Below, piece after piece: positions 50,732 to 60,550 of a stretch of 64,000 nt of DNA. A program made the position numbers and the translations under genes. Position 1 is the first letter of the stretch. Every line of letters begins with the position of its first letter. This stretch comes from an uncultured Eubacteriales bacterium (GTDB taxonomy: Bacteria; Bacillota; Sulfobacillia; Fermentithermobacillales; Fermentithermobacillaceae): contig CAZXLH010000004.1 in the NCBI GenBank assembly GCA_964641455.1, positions 14,777 through 78,776 of the forward strand, written 5' to 3'. The notes under the pieces are model-generated. The model had not been told where the DNA came from. It made no database searches and saw only the letters and a list, made by a program, of their open reading frames with translations.

Positions 50732-51217
50732 TTACAAAGGTTGGAAATGCTCAACAGCCACTTCAGACGCCCCCAATAACCTTCTTGACAACTCGTCAGG
50801 ATATGGTTCTCGGTACACTATTCGGCAAATGCCGGCATTAATAAGCATTTTTGCACACAGGCTGCACGGCTCTGTAGTTGAGTAAATTGTAGAACCTTGA
50901 ACCGGAATTCCATACTTAGCCGCTTGAATAAGCGCATTCTGCTCAGCATGGAGCCCCCTGCAAATCTCGTGCCTCTTGCCTGATGGGATACCTAATTGCG
51001 CCCTAAGGCACCCTACGTCAATGCAATGCTCAAGGCCGCTTGGCGCTCCGTTGTACCCTGTTGCAAGGATTCTTTTGTCTTTTACTATCACCGCTCCAAT
51101 GTTTCGCCTTACACAAGTAGACCTACAGGACACTACTTCAGCCACTTGCATAAAATATTCGTCCCAACCCGGACGCTTTCGGCCCTTGTCTACATGACTC
51201 ATAATGGGTACCTCCAA
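50732..51217 (-). CDS. dCMP deaminase (ComEB-like cytidine/deoxycytidylate deaminase)
   Basis: Zinc-binding motifs HAEQNAL and [14 protein letters not shown]; N-terminal WDEYFMQVA. Confidence 0.85.
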   Translation of the reverse strand: MEVPIMSHVDKGRKRPGWDEYFMQVAEVVSCRSTCVRRNIGAVIVKDKRILATGYNGAPSGLEHCIDVGCLRAQLGIPSGKRHEICRGLHAEQNALIQAAKYGIPVQGSTIYSTTEPCSLCAKMLINAGICRIVYREPYPDELSRRLLGASEVAVEHFQPL

Positions 51218-51246
51218 GTTCCGTAAAACAGCAAATTTAAAGTGAT

Positions 51247-51885
51247 TTACTCGTATACCGCTCTTCTGCCGCCTACAAGTTTAGGCCTTGTCCTGGCCAG
51301 GGTCAGGTGGGCGTGCCCGATGGAATTAGTGGGCAGCCTCACAGGAACAGCCACAGGCTTGAGGTGCATGCCGATAAAAGTATCTCCGATGTCGATTCCT
51401 GCATGGGCCTGGACGGTTTCAACAACCACCGGATCATCAAACAGTTTCATTGCTGTAAAAGCGGCTGCTCCGCCTGCGTTAGGAACAGGGCGCACAGTTA
51501 CTTCAGTAAGATTATACTTATCCAGTACCTGCCTCTCCACTACAAGGCACCGGTTAAGATGTTCGCAGCACTGGACGGCCAGAGATACCCCGGTTTCTAG
51601 AAGCGCCTGTCGAATGCCTTCCAAAATCGCCTCAGCAATCTCTGTGTTGCCGTAAGAACCTATTCTCTTTCCTCGAACTTCACTTGTTGAGCAGCCAAGT
51701 ACCATTATCTGCCCGGGTTTGAGGTTACCCGCTTCAATAAGCGCCTGGGCAGTTTGCCGCGATTGCTGTTTTATGGCTTCAAGGTTAATATCATCATCTG
51801 CAAGGCCATCTGCAGGGCCTGAAACACCGGCGTTTTGCCCTTGGACATCTTTTACGTAAAACTTGCCGCTCGAATACACTTGCAC
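51247..51885 (-). CDS. TIGR01440/DUF436 family protein (YwlG-like)
   Basis: VLGCSTSEV motif and a position next to rpiB, as B. subtilis ywlG. Confidence 0.65.
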   Translation of the reverse strand: MQVYSSGKFYVKDVQGQNAGVSGPADGLADDDINLEAIKQQSRQTAQALIEAGNLKPGQIMVLGCSTSEVRGKRIGSYGNTEIAEAILEGIRQALLETGVSLAVQCCEHLNRCLVVERQVLDKYNLTEVTVRPVPNAGGAAAFTAMKLFDDPVVVETVQAHAGIDIGDTFIGMHLKPVAVPVRLPTNSIGHAHLTLARTRPKLVGGRRAVYE

Positions 51886-51911
51886 CTACCTCCGACAATT
51901 CTAAATTGTTG

Positions 51912-52388
51912 TTATGCGTTGCTTTGCTCGCTGCCATTGCCTACTTTAGTGCTTGTCTCAAGTTCCATGATTTTAGATACCCGTCTTTGGTGACGGCCTC
52001 CCTTAAAACTTGACTCAAGCCATACTCTTACTATGTCTAAGGCAAGCCCTCCGCCTGTAACCCGGGCGCCAATACACAGCACGTTTGCATCGTTGTGCTC
52101 ACGTGAAGCCCGGGCTGAAAATGTATCTCCGCAAGTAACGGCTCTTATTCCCTTGACCTTGTTGGCTGCAATCGCCATGCCTAACCCGGTTCCGCAAACC
52201 AAAATTCCAAGTTCGGCTTCTTTCAGGCTCACTGCTTCTGCAACTTTCTTGGCAAAGTCAGGATAATCCACTGAATCTTCGTTGTAAGTTCCTAAATCTA
52301 TTGCCTGGTGGCCTAACTCTTCCAAAAGAACCCCTACTTCGCCTTTTAAACGATAACCTGCGTGATCACTTCCAACCGCTATCTTCAT
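51912..52388 (-). CDS. rpiB: Ribose-5-phosphate isomerase B (RpiB/LacAB family)
   Basis: 158 aa with MKIAVGSDHAGYRLK ... GTGLGMAIAANK. Confidence 0.9.
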   Translation of the reverse strand: MKIAVGSDHAGYRLKGEVGVLLEELGHQAIDLGTYNEDSVDYPDFAKKVAEAVSLKEAELGILVCGTGLGMAIAANKVKGIRAVTCGDTFSARASREHNDANVLCIGARVTGGGLALDIVRVWLESSFKGGRHQRRVSKIMELETSTKVGNGSEQSNA

Positions 52389-52519
52389 CTGGCTAATCTC
52401 CCTTTAATCAACTAAAATAATTATGGCAAGCCATGGCCAATCTGTTCAGAGCAATTTACGTTCTAAGCGCTTGCCTGCATAGCCTCACTACAGGCTTGAC
52501 TTTTGCCGTTCAAATAATT

Positions 52520-53668
52520 CTACCGCTTCCGGGGAGGGGCGAAAACCCTGCCTGTAGCCTCTTCCAAAGGCTTGTACAGATTCTTGTCATACATGCCCTC
52601 ACCCAAAACAAGGTTATTCATAGGCGTTGCTATTATAATAATTTCCATGCCTTCACAAATTTGGGCGGAAGGCACCGGCCACCCTGTTTTCACATCAATA
52701 ACTGCAATAAGATCCGGAAAACTAAACAAAGTGTGGCCACCTGCTTCGCAAGTAAGATACTCATTTAAGAAAGTTAATTTCACTTCATGCCGGCCATCTT
52801 CAGCATCTTTGGAAAAGACGGTAACTTCGCCTGAATCAAAACCACCGACGGTCTCAATTATGGTTTGGCCCACTGTTCCCACTGTAAGAAGCAGCCCGTT
52901 AAGAAACGTGGCCGCAGCGTTAGCTGCAAGATAACCTGCCAGGCCTCGTTTGGTATCGGAGTTACACATGTTGCCTACATATTCAGGTTTCAGTGGGTCA
53001 AAGCCCAACTCCTCTTGTATGTAATCTGCCATCGTTAACCCGAGTTCAATGCACATGGTAATGGCTCCACCGGCCCCGTGTTGTTCCAGATAAGATACTG
53101 TAACAGGGTTACGTGCAACGGCTACAAGCCCCTCTTTCTCTGACAGTGCTCTTATCATTGCCGATGCTTTGCCCAGTGCCCCTTCAGCATAAATCCAGGC
53201 GTTTTTGCCGACTGCTACTTGCCTGGACACATACGAATCATCCATATGCAAACCCATGGCTCCCATCATGGCTGTAGGGTGGGCCCGCCCGTTACATGGA
53301 GCATCGGCTACAGGTACACCTAAGCCTGCTGATTGAAGCCATCCGTTAACAGTGGCAAGCCCTCCACATTCATTTGAGTTAACTGCAGCAATCTTAATAC
53401 CTGTTATTTTTTGAAGAAATGAAAAAGCGTCTATGTAACTATTGAGCTCCGGGCCGCGGCCTCCGGCTTTTGGCGACCCAACCAAACCTGCAGTGACTAC
53501 AATATCTTCAGGGTTCAGGTCATCGAAAGACGCTAATAAGACCGGGCCTGTGTCTAAAGCCGCTTTGCCGAGCACATAACCTGCCTTAGGATCGGCACCT
53601 CCGCCACCTCCCAAAACAGCCCCGCCCCACAACGCCGCAAGCAGGTCCCTTTCGGTGAGTCGCTTCAT
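52520..53668 (-). CDS. Hypothetical protein, possibly a DUF917 family member
   Basis: 382 aa with an N-terminal Gly run (WGGAVLGGGGGADP). It interrupts the otherwise B. subtilis-like rpiB-ywlE-ywlC order. The family assignment is from memory and was not verified. Confidence 0.45.
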   Translation of the reverse strand: MKRLTERDLLAALWGGAVLGGGGGADPKAGYVLGKAALDTGPVLLASFDDLNPEDIVVTAGLVGSPKAGGRGPELNSYIDAFSFLQKITGIKIAAVNSNECGGLATVNGWLQSAGLGVPVADAPCNGRAHPTAMMGAMGLHMDDSYVSRQVAVGKNAWIYAEGALGKASAMIRALSEKEGLVAVARNPVTVSYLEQHGAGGAITMCIELGLTMADYIQEELGFDPLKPEYVGNMCNSDTKRGLAGYLAANAAATFLNGLLLTVGTVGQTIIETVGGFDSGEVTVFSKDAEDGRHEVKLTFLNEYLTCEAGGHTLFSFPDLIAVIDVKTGWPVPSAQICEGMEIIIIATPMNNLVLGEGMYDKNLYKPLEEATGRVFAPPRKR

Positions 53669-53698
53669 AACAAGCCACCTTCTTTCCTTAAGATTAAT

Positions 53699-55345
53699 TC
53701 AGTCTTTTGGTACATGAACCTCTTGGCCTGAAAGCCGCTTTACCAAAACCTCCAGGGATTCTTCGAGCAAATCAGCAGTGTCACCGTACACTTTCCGGCT
53801 CTTGCCAAACGGATCTATAACGTCTCCGTCTATCACCCCTGGTACAATTTCTGATAAAGTAACGATTTTGTTTTTAAATGCCGGATATTTCGATAATAAC
53901 ATTTGCTTGTGAGCCTGTGTCATGGTAATTGCAATGTCTGCTTCAGCAAGGCCATCGCTTGAAACAGGAGCCGAAAGGTGGCCCGAAATATCTACGCCTT
54001 TGCTTTTCATTGCTTGCACTGCCTCTTTAGACGCAGGCAGCCCGGGCACGGTAGTTACGCCCCGGGATACAACCTCGACAGGATATGGCTCTCCTGCTTC
54101 TTTCCACAGTTTTATGAAAAGTCCTTCTGCCATAGGGCTTCTGCATGTATTTCCCGTACATACCATGATTATCTTAAAGGGCTCTGTAGAAATCCCAGGA
54201 GAAGGCTTTGACGGCAAATCCAATTCTTGCTGCGCTGCCAAGTCTTTAAATTCAGGCAACTTGTTTCCTCTGCTAGCCTCTTCGAGCCTGTTGGCTATGG
54301 CAAGCCCGAGCCCGTGCAGACTAAAGGTTTCAGATAAAATCACCTGGGCTCCCATCTCTTCTGCACGCCGTAGGCTGGAATAAAGCCTTGCTGCCACAGG
54401 TGACAGATCCTGCCTGCTTCCCAATGTAATTACCTGAAACAGGCTTTCAAACACTTGTTGAAACGGAGTGTAAAACTCAGCATTCTCTTCGGAAACAAGC
54501 ACAACTGGCTTGCTGCCTGAAAGAGCCAGCCTGAGCCCATGGAAGATTATCTTCCGGCGCTGCTGTGTTAATGTTCCTGTAGCAAGGTACATGGCCGCTT
54601 TAGGTGCATAGTGTTGGTATTTGGCCATAGGCAAACCACCGGCATCAGAAGTATCTTCATAGCCATTGCTAAGCTTGATGGCATTGGGCTTAAGGTTAAG
54701 AACCGACTCTATTTGCTCTCTGGTAATCCCCCCGGGCCTAAGTATTATTGGAATATCTCCTGATACATCCAATACAGTGGATTCGACACCTATATCCGTA
54801 GTGCCGCCATCCAGGATAATATCCACTTTGCCTTCAAGATCAGCCAAAACATCCCTGGCACAAGTTGGGCTTGGCCTGCCTGATTGATTGGCCGACGGAG
54901 CCACCAAGGGCACCCCACACGCATCTATCAACATTTGAGAAACCGGATGGCCAGGCATTCTTATGGCTACGTTAGGCAACCCTGCTGTAATGACGTCAGG
55001 GACAATCTCTGATTTAGGAAAAAGCAGGGTTAAGGGCCCGGGCCAAAATATCTCCATGAGTTTTTTGGCCCGGGGTGGAATCTGCGCCACCAGGGGATTT
55101 ACCCCTTCTAATCTTGAAACATGAACTATTAGCGGGTTATCCCTGGGCCGGGCTTTGGCCTCGAAAACGCTGTCAACTGCGTCAGGATTCAGTGCGCTTG
55201 CACCCAGCCCGTAGACGGTTTCTGTAGGGAAAGCTACAAGCCCGCCTTTTTGAATCACCTGAGCGCATTTTGCTATTATCTCTTGATCAGGATGGAGAGG
55301 ATCTACTTTATAGATTACCGTGTTTACGTAAGATATGTGATCCAC
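53699..55345 (-). CDS. Fusion protein: L-threonylcarbamoyladenylate synthase (TsaC/Sua5/YwlC) N-terminal ~350 aa plus a low-molecular-weight protein phosphatase (YwlE-like) C-terminal ~150 aa
   Basis: YrdC motif GGLVAFPTETVYGLGA and a Sua5 domain, then MVCTGNTCRSPMAEG (the CX5R P-loop of LMW-PTP / arginine phosphatases) with a DPY/DPF element downstream. Confidence 0.8.
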   Translation of the reverse strand: MDHISYVNTVIYKVDPLHPDQEIIAKCAQVIQKGGLVAFPTETVYGLGASALNPDAVDSVFEAKARPRDNPLIVHVSRLEGVNPLVAQIPPRAKKLMEIFWPGPLTLLFPKSEIVPDVITAGLPNVAIRMPGHPVSQMLIDACGVPLVAPSANQSGRPSPTCARDVLADLEGKVDIILDGGTTDIGVESTVLDVSGDIPIILRPGGITREQIESVLNLKPNAIKLSNGYEDTSDAGGLPMAKYQHYAPKAAMYLATGTLTQQRRKIIFHGLRLALSGSKPVVLVSEENAEFYTPFQQVFESLFQVITLGSRQDLSPVAARLYSSLRRAEEMGAQVILSETFSLHGLGLAIANRLEEASRGNKLPEFKDLAAQQELDLPSKPSPGISTEPFKIIMVCTGNTCRSPMAEGLFIKLWKEAGEPYPVEVVSRGVTTVPGLPASKEAVQAMKSKGVDISGHLSAPVSSDGLAEADIAITMTQAHKQMLLSKYPAFKNKIVTLSEIVPGVIDGDVIDPFGKSRKVYGDTADLLEESLEVLVKRLSGQEVHVPKD

Positions 55346-55584
55346 CCCCGCGTATATTGATTGTAATTATATTGATTACAGTTATATTCTATCATTTAAA
55401 CGCATACACGAAACCGGAAACACGCCGGGCATTCCAGGTATTGATGACAGCCTTAATTGTTTCGCTTATGGCGCTTAGCCTGCAATTGCTGCAGAGCCGA
55501 GAGATTCTTGCAATTATCTGTCTTTGAAGCGTAGTCAGGGATATAATCAATAAACCGCGGAAACCTTGGGACAGATGAGCGTGG

Positions 55585-56676
55585 TTAGGGGCGCCCTGGG
55601 TGTTTCATTACAACCAAAATTCTTTGCTTGCCTGAGTAGTCACAGATAAACCACCATTTATGCCACAAAAGCCGCCCTTTTGTTTTAGGATCTGAAAGCA
55701 GTTTTCGGCATTTACCAGGTTGATCGTGGCCTATTTCTATAAGCAAAAAGCCGCCCGGTACAAGTAATTGGGAAGCTTCTTGTATTAGGTTTTCTATAAA
55801 GTCCATTCCCTTTGCGCCGCCGTCTAAAGCCAAGTGAGGTTCGAAACATCTCACTTCACGATCCAAACACGCAATTTGATCGCTGGGGATATATGGCGGG
55901 TTTGAGGCGATGACATGGACTTTGCCGGTAAGCCCTTGTTGCTTAAGCGGCTCAAGCCCATCGCCATGGATAAACCTGGCGTTTGAGGACACCCCCAGGC
56001 GTATAGCGTTTTGTTTGGCGGCCTTAAGCGCATCACAGGAAATATCGGTAAGCACAACGTCAAGATCCCAAAGCGCTGTTTGGCATTCATGGCATTTGGA
56101 AGATGTAGGCGGCGGCAATATGTGTGGCAACAGTTTGAGTATTGAAAGGCCTACGGCACCTGAACCGCAGCACACGTCACATACGGTAATGTGGCTTTTG
56201 CCAGGGCGCTTATGGATACTCGAACTTGCGCCTGCCAAACTGCGGAACTCTTCCAGGCTTAAACTTGAACCGTTGTCCGGGCTGTATTTTTGGCCTGTCA
56301 ACATACTCTTTATCACCAAAAGTGCGGCCTCAACAAGAATCTCGGTTTCAGGGCGTGGAATCAAAACCCGGCTATCGACGCTAAATTTGAGCCCCATAAA
56401 TTCTTTGTACCCCAGAATATATGCTATTGGTTCTCTGCGGGCCCTGCGTACAATAAGTGAAGCGTACTCCTTGTATTGCTGCCGGGTAACCGGCTTTTCA
56501 GGGTAAAGGTAAACATCCCCTGTGGTACACCCAAGCACATGAGACAGCAATACTGCCGCATCACGCGCTGAATGCTCTGATTTCCCAATAAGCGTTTGGC
56601 GCCCAAAGCAAAGGGCCTTTTCTACATCCAAAGCAAGACCTTCCTTCAGCGCAAACTCTAACCTGTATCTGAACAT
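55585..56676 (-). CDS. prmC: Release factor glutamine N5-methyltransferase PrmC (HemK) carrying two insertions
   Basis: NPPY motif (IASNPPYIPSD) and SAM-binding CDVCCGSGAVG. It is 363 aa against the usual ~285 aa. Confidence 0.85.
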   Translation of the reverse strand: MFRYRLEFALKEGLALDVEKALCFGRQTLIGKSEHSARDAAVLLSHVLGCTTGDVYLYPEKPVTRQQYKEYASLIVRRARREPIAYILGYKEFMGLKFSVDSRVLIPRPETEILVEAALLVIKSMLTGQKYSPDNGSSLSLEEFRSLAGASSSIHKRPGKSHITVCDVCCGSGAVGLSILKLLPHILPPPTSSKCHECQTALWDLDVVLTDISCDALKAAKQNAIRLGVSSNARFIHGDGLEPLKQQGLTGKVHVIASNPPYIPSDQIACLDREVRCFEPHLALDGGAKGMDFIENLIQEASQLLVPGGFLLIEIGHDQPGKCRKLLSDPKTKGRLLWHKWWFICDYSGKQRILVVMKHPGRP

Positions 56677-56830
56677 GCCGCTTTACCTAGTTATACCGCA
56701 AATTCAAGGGTTCTGTTTCGGGTTACCGGTCCTCAAATTCCAAAGCATCGGTTACCTGGAGTGTTTGATCCGCCACCGATGCTGCCAAAAGCAATTACAC
56801 CGGGCCCTGTCTGCCAAGGTTGCCGGCAAG

Positions 56831-57946
56831 TTACTGGGCAACACTGCTTTCTGACATTTTCGACAGTTTTTGCTTCTCGTCATTTAGGGCCAAAATGTTT
56901 ACCACTTCGTCTATATCACCATCGAGAATCTCTTGCAGCCTGTGAGTTGTATACCCAATACGATGGTCGGTTACCCTGTTTTGCGGAAAATTGTAAGTGC
57001 GTATTTTCTCAGAACGCTCGCCTGTCCCCACCTGGGCCCGTCGTACTTGGGTAATCTCCTGGGCTTGTTGTTCTTCCATAAGCGCCTTTAACCTGGAACG
57101 CATCACCCGCATGGCTCTTTCTCTGTTTTGTATTTGAGAACGCTCATCCTGGCAACTTACCTGCAGCCCTGTAGGCAAGTGAGTAATCCTTACTGCCGAA
57201 TATGTGGTATTCACAGACTGGCCGCCGTGGCCTGATGCGCAAAAAGTGTCTACTCTTATGTCTTTTGGATCAATAACCACATCGACCTCTTCAGCTTCAG
57301 GCAAAACAGCCACCGTCGCAGTTGAAGTGTGAACCCTGCCACCTGATTCTGTAGACGGTATCCGTTGAACCCTGTGTACTCCGCCTTCGTATTTAAGCCT
57401 GCTGTAAGCCCTTTCGCCTTCAATGGCAAAAATCACTTCTTTGAAGCCGCCCAAATCAGTGGGGTTGGCTGAAAGCACTTCTACTTTCCACCCCTTGGTT
57501 TCTGCGTAACGTCCATACATACGGAACAGATCTCCTGCAAATAACGCTGCCTCGTCTCCCCCTGTTCCGGAACGAATCTCACAAATCACACTCTTGTCGT
57601 CGTTTGGATCTTTTGGAATCAAATCATGGGTAAGCTGTACCTTAAGCTGCTGCTCTTCGTCTCGAAGCTGCCTAAGTTCCTCTTCAAAGAGCGCCCTTAT
57701 GTCCTCTGCTTGTTCAGTTTTAAGCACTTCCAGGCTGCTGTCGATCTCTTCGAGTACTTCAACGTAACGCCTGTACCTGGTAACAACGTCTTCCAAACGC
57801 GCCCTTTCCTTGGAAAGATCCCGACACTTTTCAGGGTCAGAGAACACATCAGGATCAGCCAGCGCTTTACCGAGACTGTCATATCTTTCTGCCAGGAGTT
57901 CAAGTTTGCCAATAAAATCACCGGTTCCGATTTCGGCTGTAGACAT
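56831..57946 (-). CDS. prfA: Peptide chain release factor 1 (PrfA)
   Basis: 371 aa with the GGQ motif ([11 protein letters not shown]) and PxT-type decoding region. Confidence 0.95.
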   Translation of the reverse strand: MSTAEIGTGDFIGKLELLAERYDSLGKALADPDVFSDPEKCRDLSKERARLEDVVTRYRRYVEVLEEIDSSLEVLKTEQAEDIRALFEEELRQLRDEEQQLKVQLTHDLIPKDPNDDKSVICEIRSGTGGDEAALFAGDLFRMYGRYAETKGWKVEVLSANPTDLGGFKEVIFAIEGERAYSRLKYEGGVHRVQRIPSTESGGRVHTSTATVAVLPEAEEVDVVIDPKDIRVDTFCASGHGGQSVNTTYSAVRITHLPTGLQVSCQDERSQIQNRERAMRVMRSRLKALMEEQQAQEITQVRRAQVGTGERSEKIRTYNFPQNRVTDHRIGYTTHRLQEILDGDIDEVVNILALNDEKQKLSKMSESSVAQ

Positions 57947-57953
57947 ACAACTT

Positions 57954-58919
57954 TCACTCCTCCCTGTTACACTTTAAATTGCAATCTCCGTTAGACTCTT
58001 TACATATTAATAACACAAGGCTGGTTGCAGCTACTTCCAATTGATCTGTATCAGGCTCTCGGGTAGTCAATTTCTGCATTTTAATACCGGGAGCCTTTAA
58101 CAAATCCCAAATAAACCCCTCGTGCTTAGACGAACCCTTAAGAAGTTCATATGCAAGCCCCGCCACAACCGGCAACATGGCAATGCGTGTTACTACCCTT
58201 AGTATTAAACTCTTTGGGCTCACAAACAAAAATACCAACCACGTAACAATAACCGCTATGAAAAGAAAACTGGTTCCGCACCTTGGATGCAGCGCGGCCT
58301 CAGGCCTAGCCTTTTTGACCAAAAACTCAACTGCATTACAAGATTCATCAGAACCCACACTCTGAAGCATCTCATCTACCCTGGCAGTGTTTTTCTCGTA
58401 TGCCCAAATCACCTTATGCTCGGCACCATGATATTCAAGCACTCGCCTAATGTCTTCCATTTGGGAAATCGCTGTGACATAACCTATGAGAAGGGCCAGG
58501 CGCAACGCCAATTCAATAAAACTTGCCCAATATTTTCCCGAGATGCCTATTGTCTTCATCAACCATGAGGCTGCGAAAGTAGGCAAAACCACAAATATCC
58601 CTAACCCGATTACAAAGGCAAAAATCACGGCAAGAGTCATTTCGCTTTCTGAAGGCTCTTCTTCAGGCGATGCAATTTCGGCTGATTTAAGTAACATCTG
58701 TATTCCAAGAGACAAAGACTCCCATAAGGAGACAGCTCCCCGGATTACAGGCAGCCGGGCAAATTTACTGCGCTGAGCCAAACTTTCCGGTTGTTTGGAT
58801 AAGGAAACCAGGTTGCCCTTAGGATCTCTAACCGACAAAACCGCGTGCTTGGGCCCGCGCATCATTACACCCTCGATTACTGCTTGGCCACCGTAGGACG
58901 GACGGTCTTTTTGGCCCAC
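57954..58919 (-). CDS. DUF1385 family membrane protein (YwkF-like)
   Basis: [16 protein letters not shown]-terminus and several TM helices; adjacent to prfA and prmC, as is common in Firmicutes. Confidence 0.65.
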   Translation of the reverse strand: MGQKDRPSYGGQAVIEGVMMRGPKHAVLSVRDPKGNLVSLSKQPESLAQRSKFARLPVIRGAVSLWESLSLGIQMLLKSAEIASPEEEPSESEMTLAVIFAFVIGLGIFVVLPTFAASWLMKTIGISGKYWASFIELALRLALLIGYVTAISQMEDIRRVLEYHGAEHKVIWAYEKNTARVDEMLQSVGSDESCNAVEFLVKKARPEAALHPRCGTSFLFIAVIVTWLVFLFVSPKSLILRVVTRIAMLPVVAGLAYELLKGSSKHEGFIWDLLKAPGIKMQKLTTREPDTDQLEVAATSLVLLICKESNGDCNLKCNREE

Positions 58920-59107
58920 TTTTCTCCCAACCCTTCCTGCGTTCTTAAGCCTGTGTCTTAAGCCTGTGCCTCTTTCTACCGCTTAAACCGCTCTAACAGG
59001 CAGGTGATACATAGCGTTCGACAGAGTTTAGCCGCCCGCCTGCCTGATTATGCCCTGACTATGCCCAAGGCTGCGCAGCCACCTAACGTCTGAGTTTGAT
59101 GGCCTGC

Positions 59108-59149
59108 AAAACAAAAAGGCAGAAATCTCTCAAAAACAGAATTCTGCCT
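59108..59149 (-). terminator. Rho-independent terminator after rpmE
   Basis: AGGCAGAA ... TTCTGCCT hairpin followed by TTTTGTTTTG on the minus strand. Confidence 0.65.
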
Positions 59150-59163
59150 GCAATTTTTTATGG

Positions 59164-59439
59164 CTAATGGGCTTTGGTAGCTTCTGCTTCAGCAGCGCCG
59201 GTTTTGCCGGTTTCCTCAGTTTCCGGCTTTTCCTCGCCTTCAAGATAGCCATATTTTCTTCTAAACTTTTCTACCCGGCCTCCGGTGTCGACTATCTTCT
59301 GGACACCTGTAAAAAACGGATGGCATTTTGAGCAAATTTCCACACGTACGTTCTTCCTGGTAGAGCCTACGTGATAGACTGCACCGCAAGCACAGGTTAT
59401 AGTTGTCTTCGTATATTCAGGATGAATATTAGGCTTCAC
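59164..59439 (-). CDS. rpmE: 50S ribosomal protein L31 with an acidic C-terminal tail
   Basis: GTG start after [16 protein letters not shown] ... [10 protein letters not shown] ... [10 protein letters not shown], plus a tail of ~25 Glu/Thr/Ala-rich residues. The ORF-track coordinates extend further 5' than the likely start. Confidence 0.85.
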   Translation of the reverse strand: MKPNIHPEYTKTTITCACGAVYHVGSTRKNVRVEICSKCHPFFTGVQKIVDTGGRVEKFRRKYGYLEGEEKPETEETGKTGAAEAEATKAH

Positions 59440-59552
59440 CTTAATCACCTCGGTTAAATTATGACAAGCGTAATTCTCATAATATTGTTGAAACTGTTTT
59501 GCTTTGAACAGAAAGAGTATAGCACGCCTTAAGAACGCTATCAAGTTAAGGC

Positions 59553-60398
59553 CTAAGCCAACTCACTTTGGCAGGCGTCTCGGTATGAAGGCCCGTTTTG
59601 AGAAAGAATATCCTTCCACGATGCAAACTTGCTGAAACCCGCTTGCTTGATTACTTCTTGCGCCGAACTCAGGTTTCTTGCCACACCTAGAGGATGGTGA
59701 GCATCTGAACCAAAACTAGGAGGAAGCCCACCCATTTCCCTATAAAGCCTTAGTACTTCTACTCTTGGAGCAGGCCAGTGCCCAGGTTTATGAAGCACTG
59801 CAGCGTTAACTTCCAATCTGCTGCCGTTTTGGATTATTGCATCCAAAGCGCAACGCATTTTTTCTTCAAGTTCCAAATCGCCAACCACTTCCGGCCAAGC
59901 ATCAGGAATATGCCGCTCATAGATTCCAAAATGCCCTACTATATTAAACAGGCCAGACATAGCGAGTTTCTCTGCCTCGTCAAAATACCGCTCAAGGGCA
60001 ATTCGTGCCCGGGCAGGATTAGCTTTTATTATCTCAGCATTGCGCGGATTCCAAAAATCAATTGGAGGAGCGTCATGTACAGAGCCCATTAATACATCGA
60101 ATGGATGTTGTTCCAGATAGCACCTGATTTGATGTTCAAGGTGCGACCGGTAAGTCACTTCGGCTCCAAACAAGATTCTAAGTTTCCCCTGGTATTTCTC
60201 GCATGCTTTCTCCCAAGTGCTTTTGGCTCTGTAATAATCGAATTTGCCATAGCAAAAATCGTCAGGCCCAAATTCAACATGTTCAGTAAAAGCCACTGCC
60301 TCTAACCCTAAGCCTACAGCGCTTTCACACATATCCCAGATACTTGCATGACAATCACACGAGGCCAAAGAATGTATGTGTAAGTCGGAAATTGCCAT
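59553..60398 (-). CDS. PHP-domain phosphoesterase (HisJ-family histidinol-phosphatase-like)
   Basis: N-terminal DLHIHS and additional His/Asp metal ligands (FTEHVEF ... GSVHD ... GSDAHH). Confidence 0.7.
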   Translation of the reverse strand: MAISDLHIHSLASCDCHASIWDMCESAVGLGLEAVAFTEHVEFGPDDFCYGKFDYYRAKSTWEKACEKYQGKLRILFGAEVTYRSHLEHQIRCYLEQHPFDVLMGSVHDAPPIDFWNPRNAEIIKANPARARIALERYFDEAEKLAMSGLFNIVGHFGIYERHIPDAWPEVVGDLELEEKMRCALDAIIQNGSRLEVNAAVLHKPGHWPAPRVEVLRLYREMGGLPPSFGSDAHHPLGVARNLSSAQEVIKQAGFSKFASWKDILSQNGPSYRDACQSELA

Positions 60399-60550
60399 CC
60401 ATAAGCTCCTCTGTTGTACCTTATCTGCTGTTCCTTAAGTGTAAGGTTTGCACTGGAACGTATTTAAGAACGTACCTAAAATCCTGGCACTGATAATTCA
60501 AGTATAGACATACTACACAACTTCAATCAATACCGGTTTTGTACAATTGC

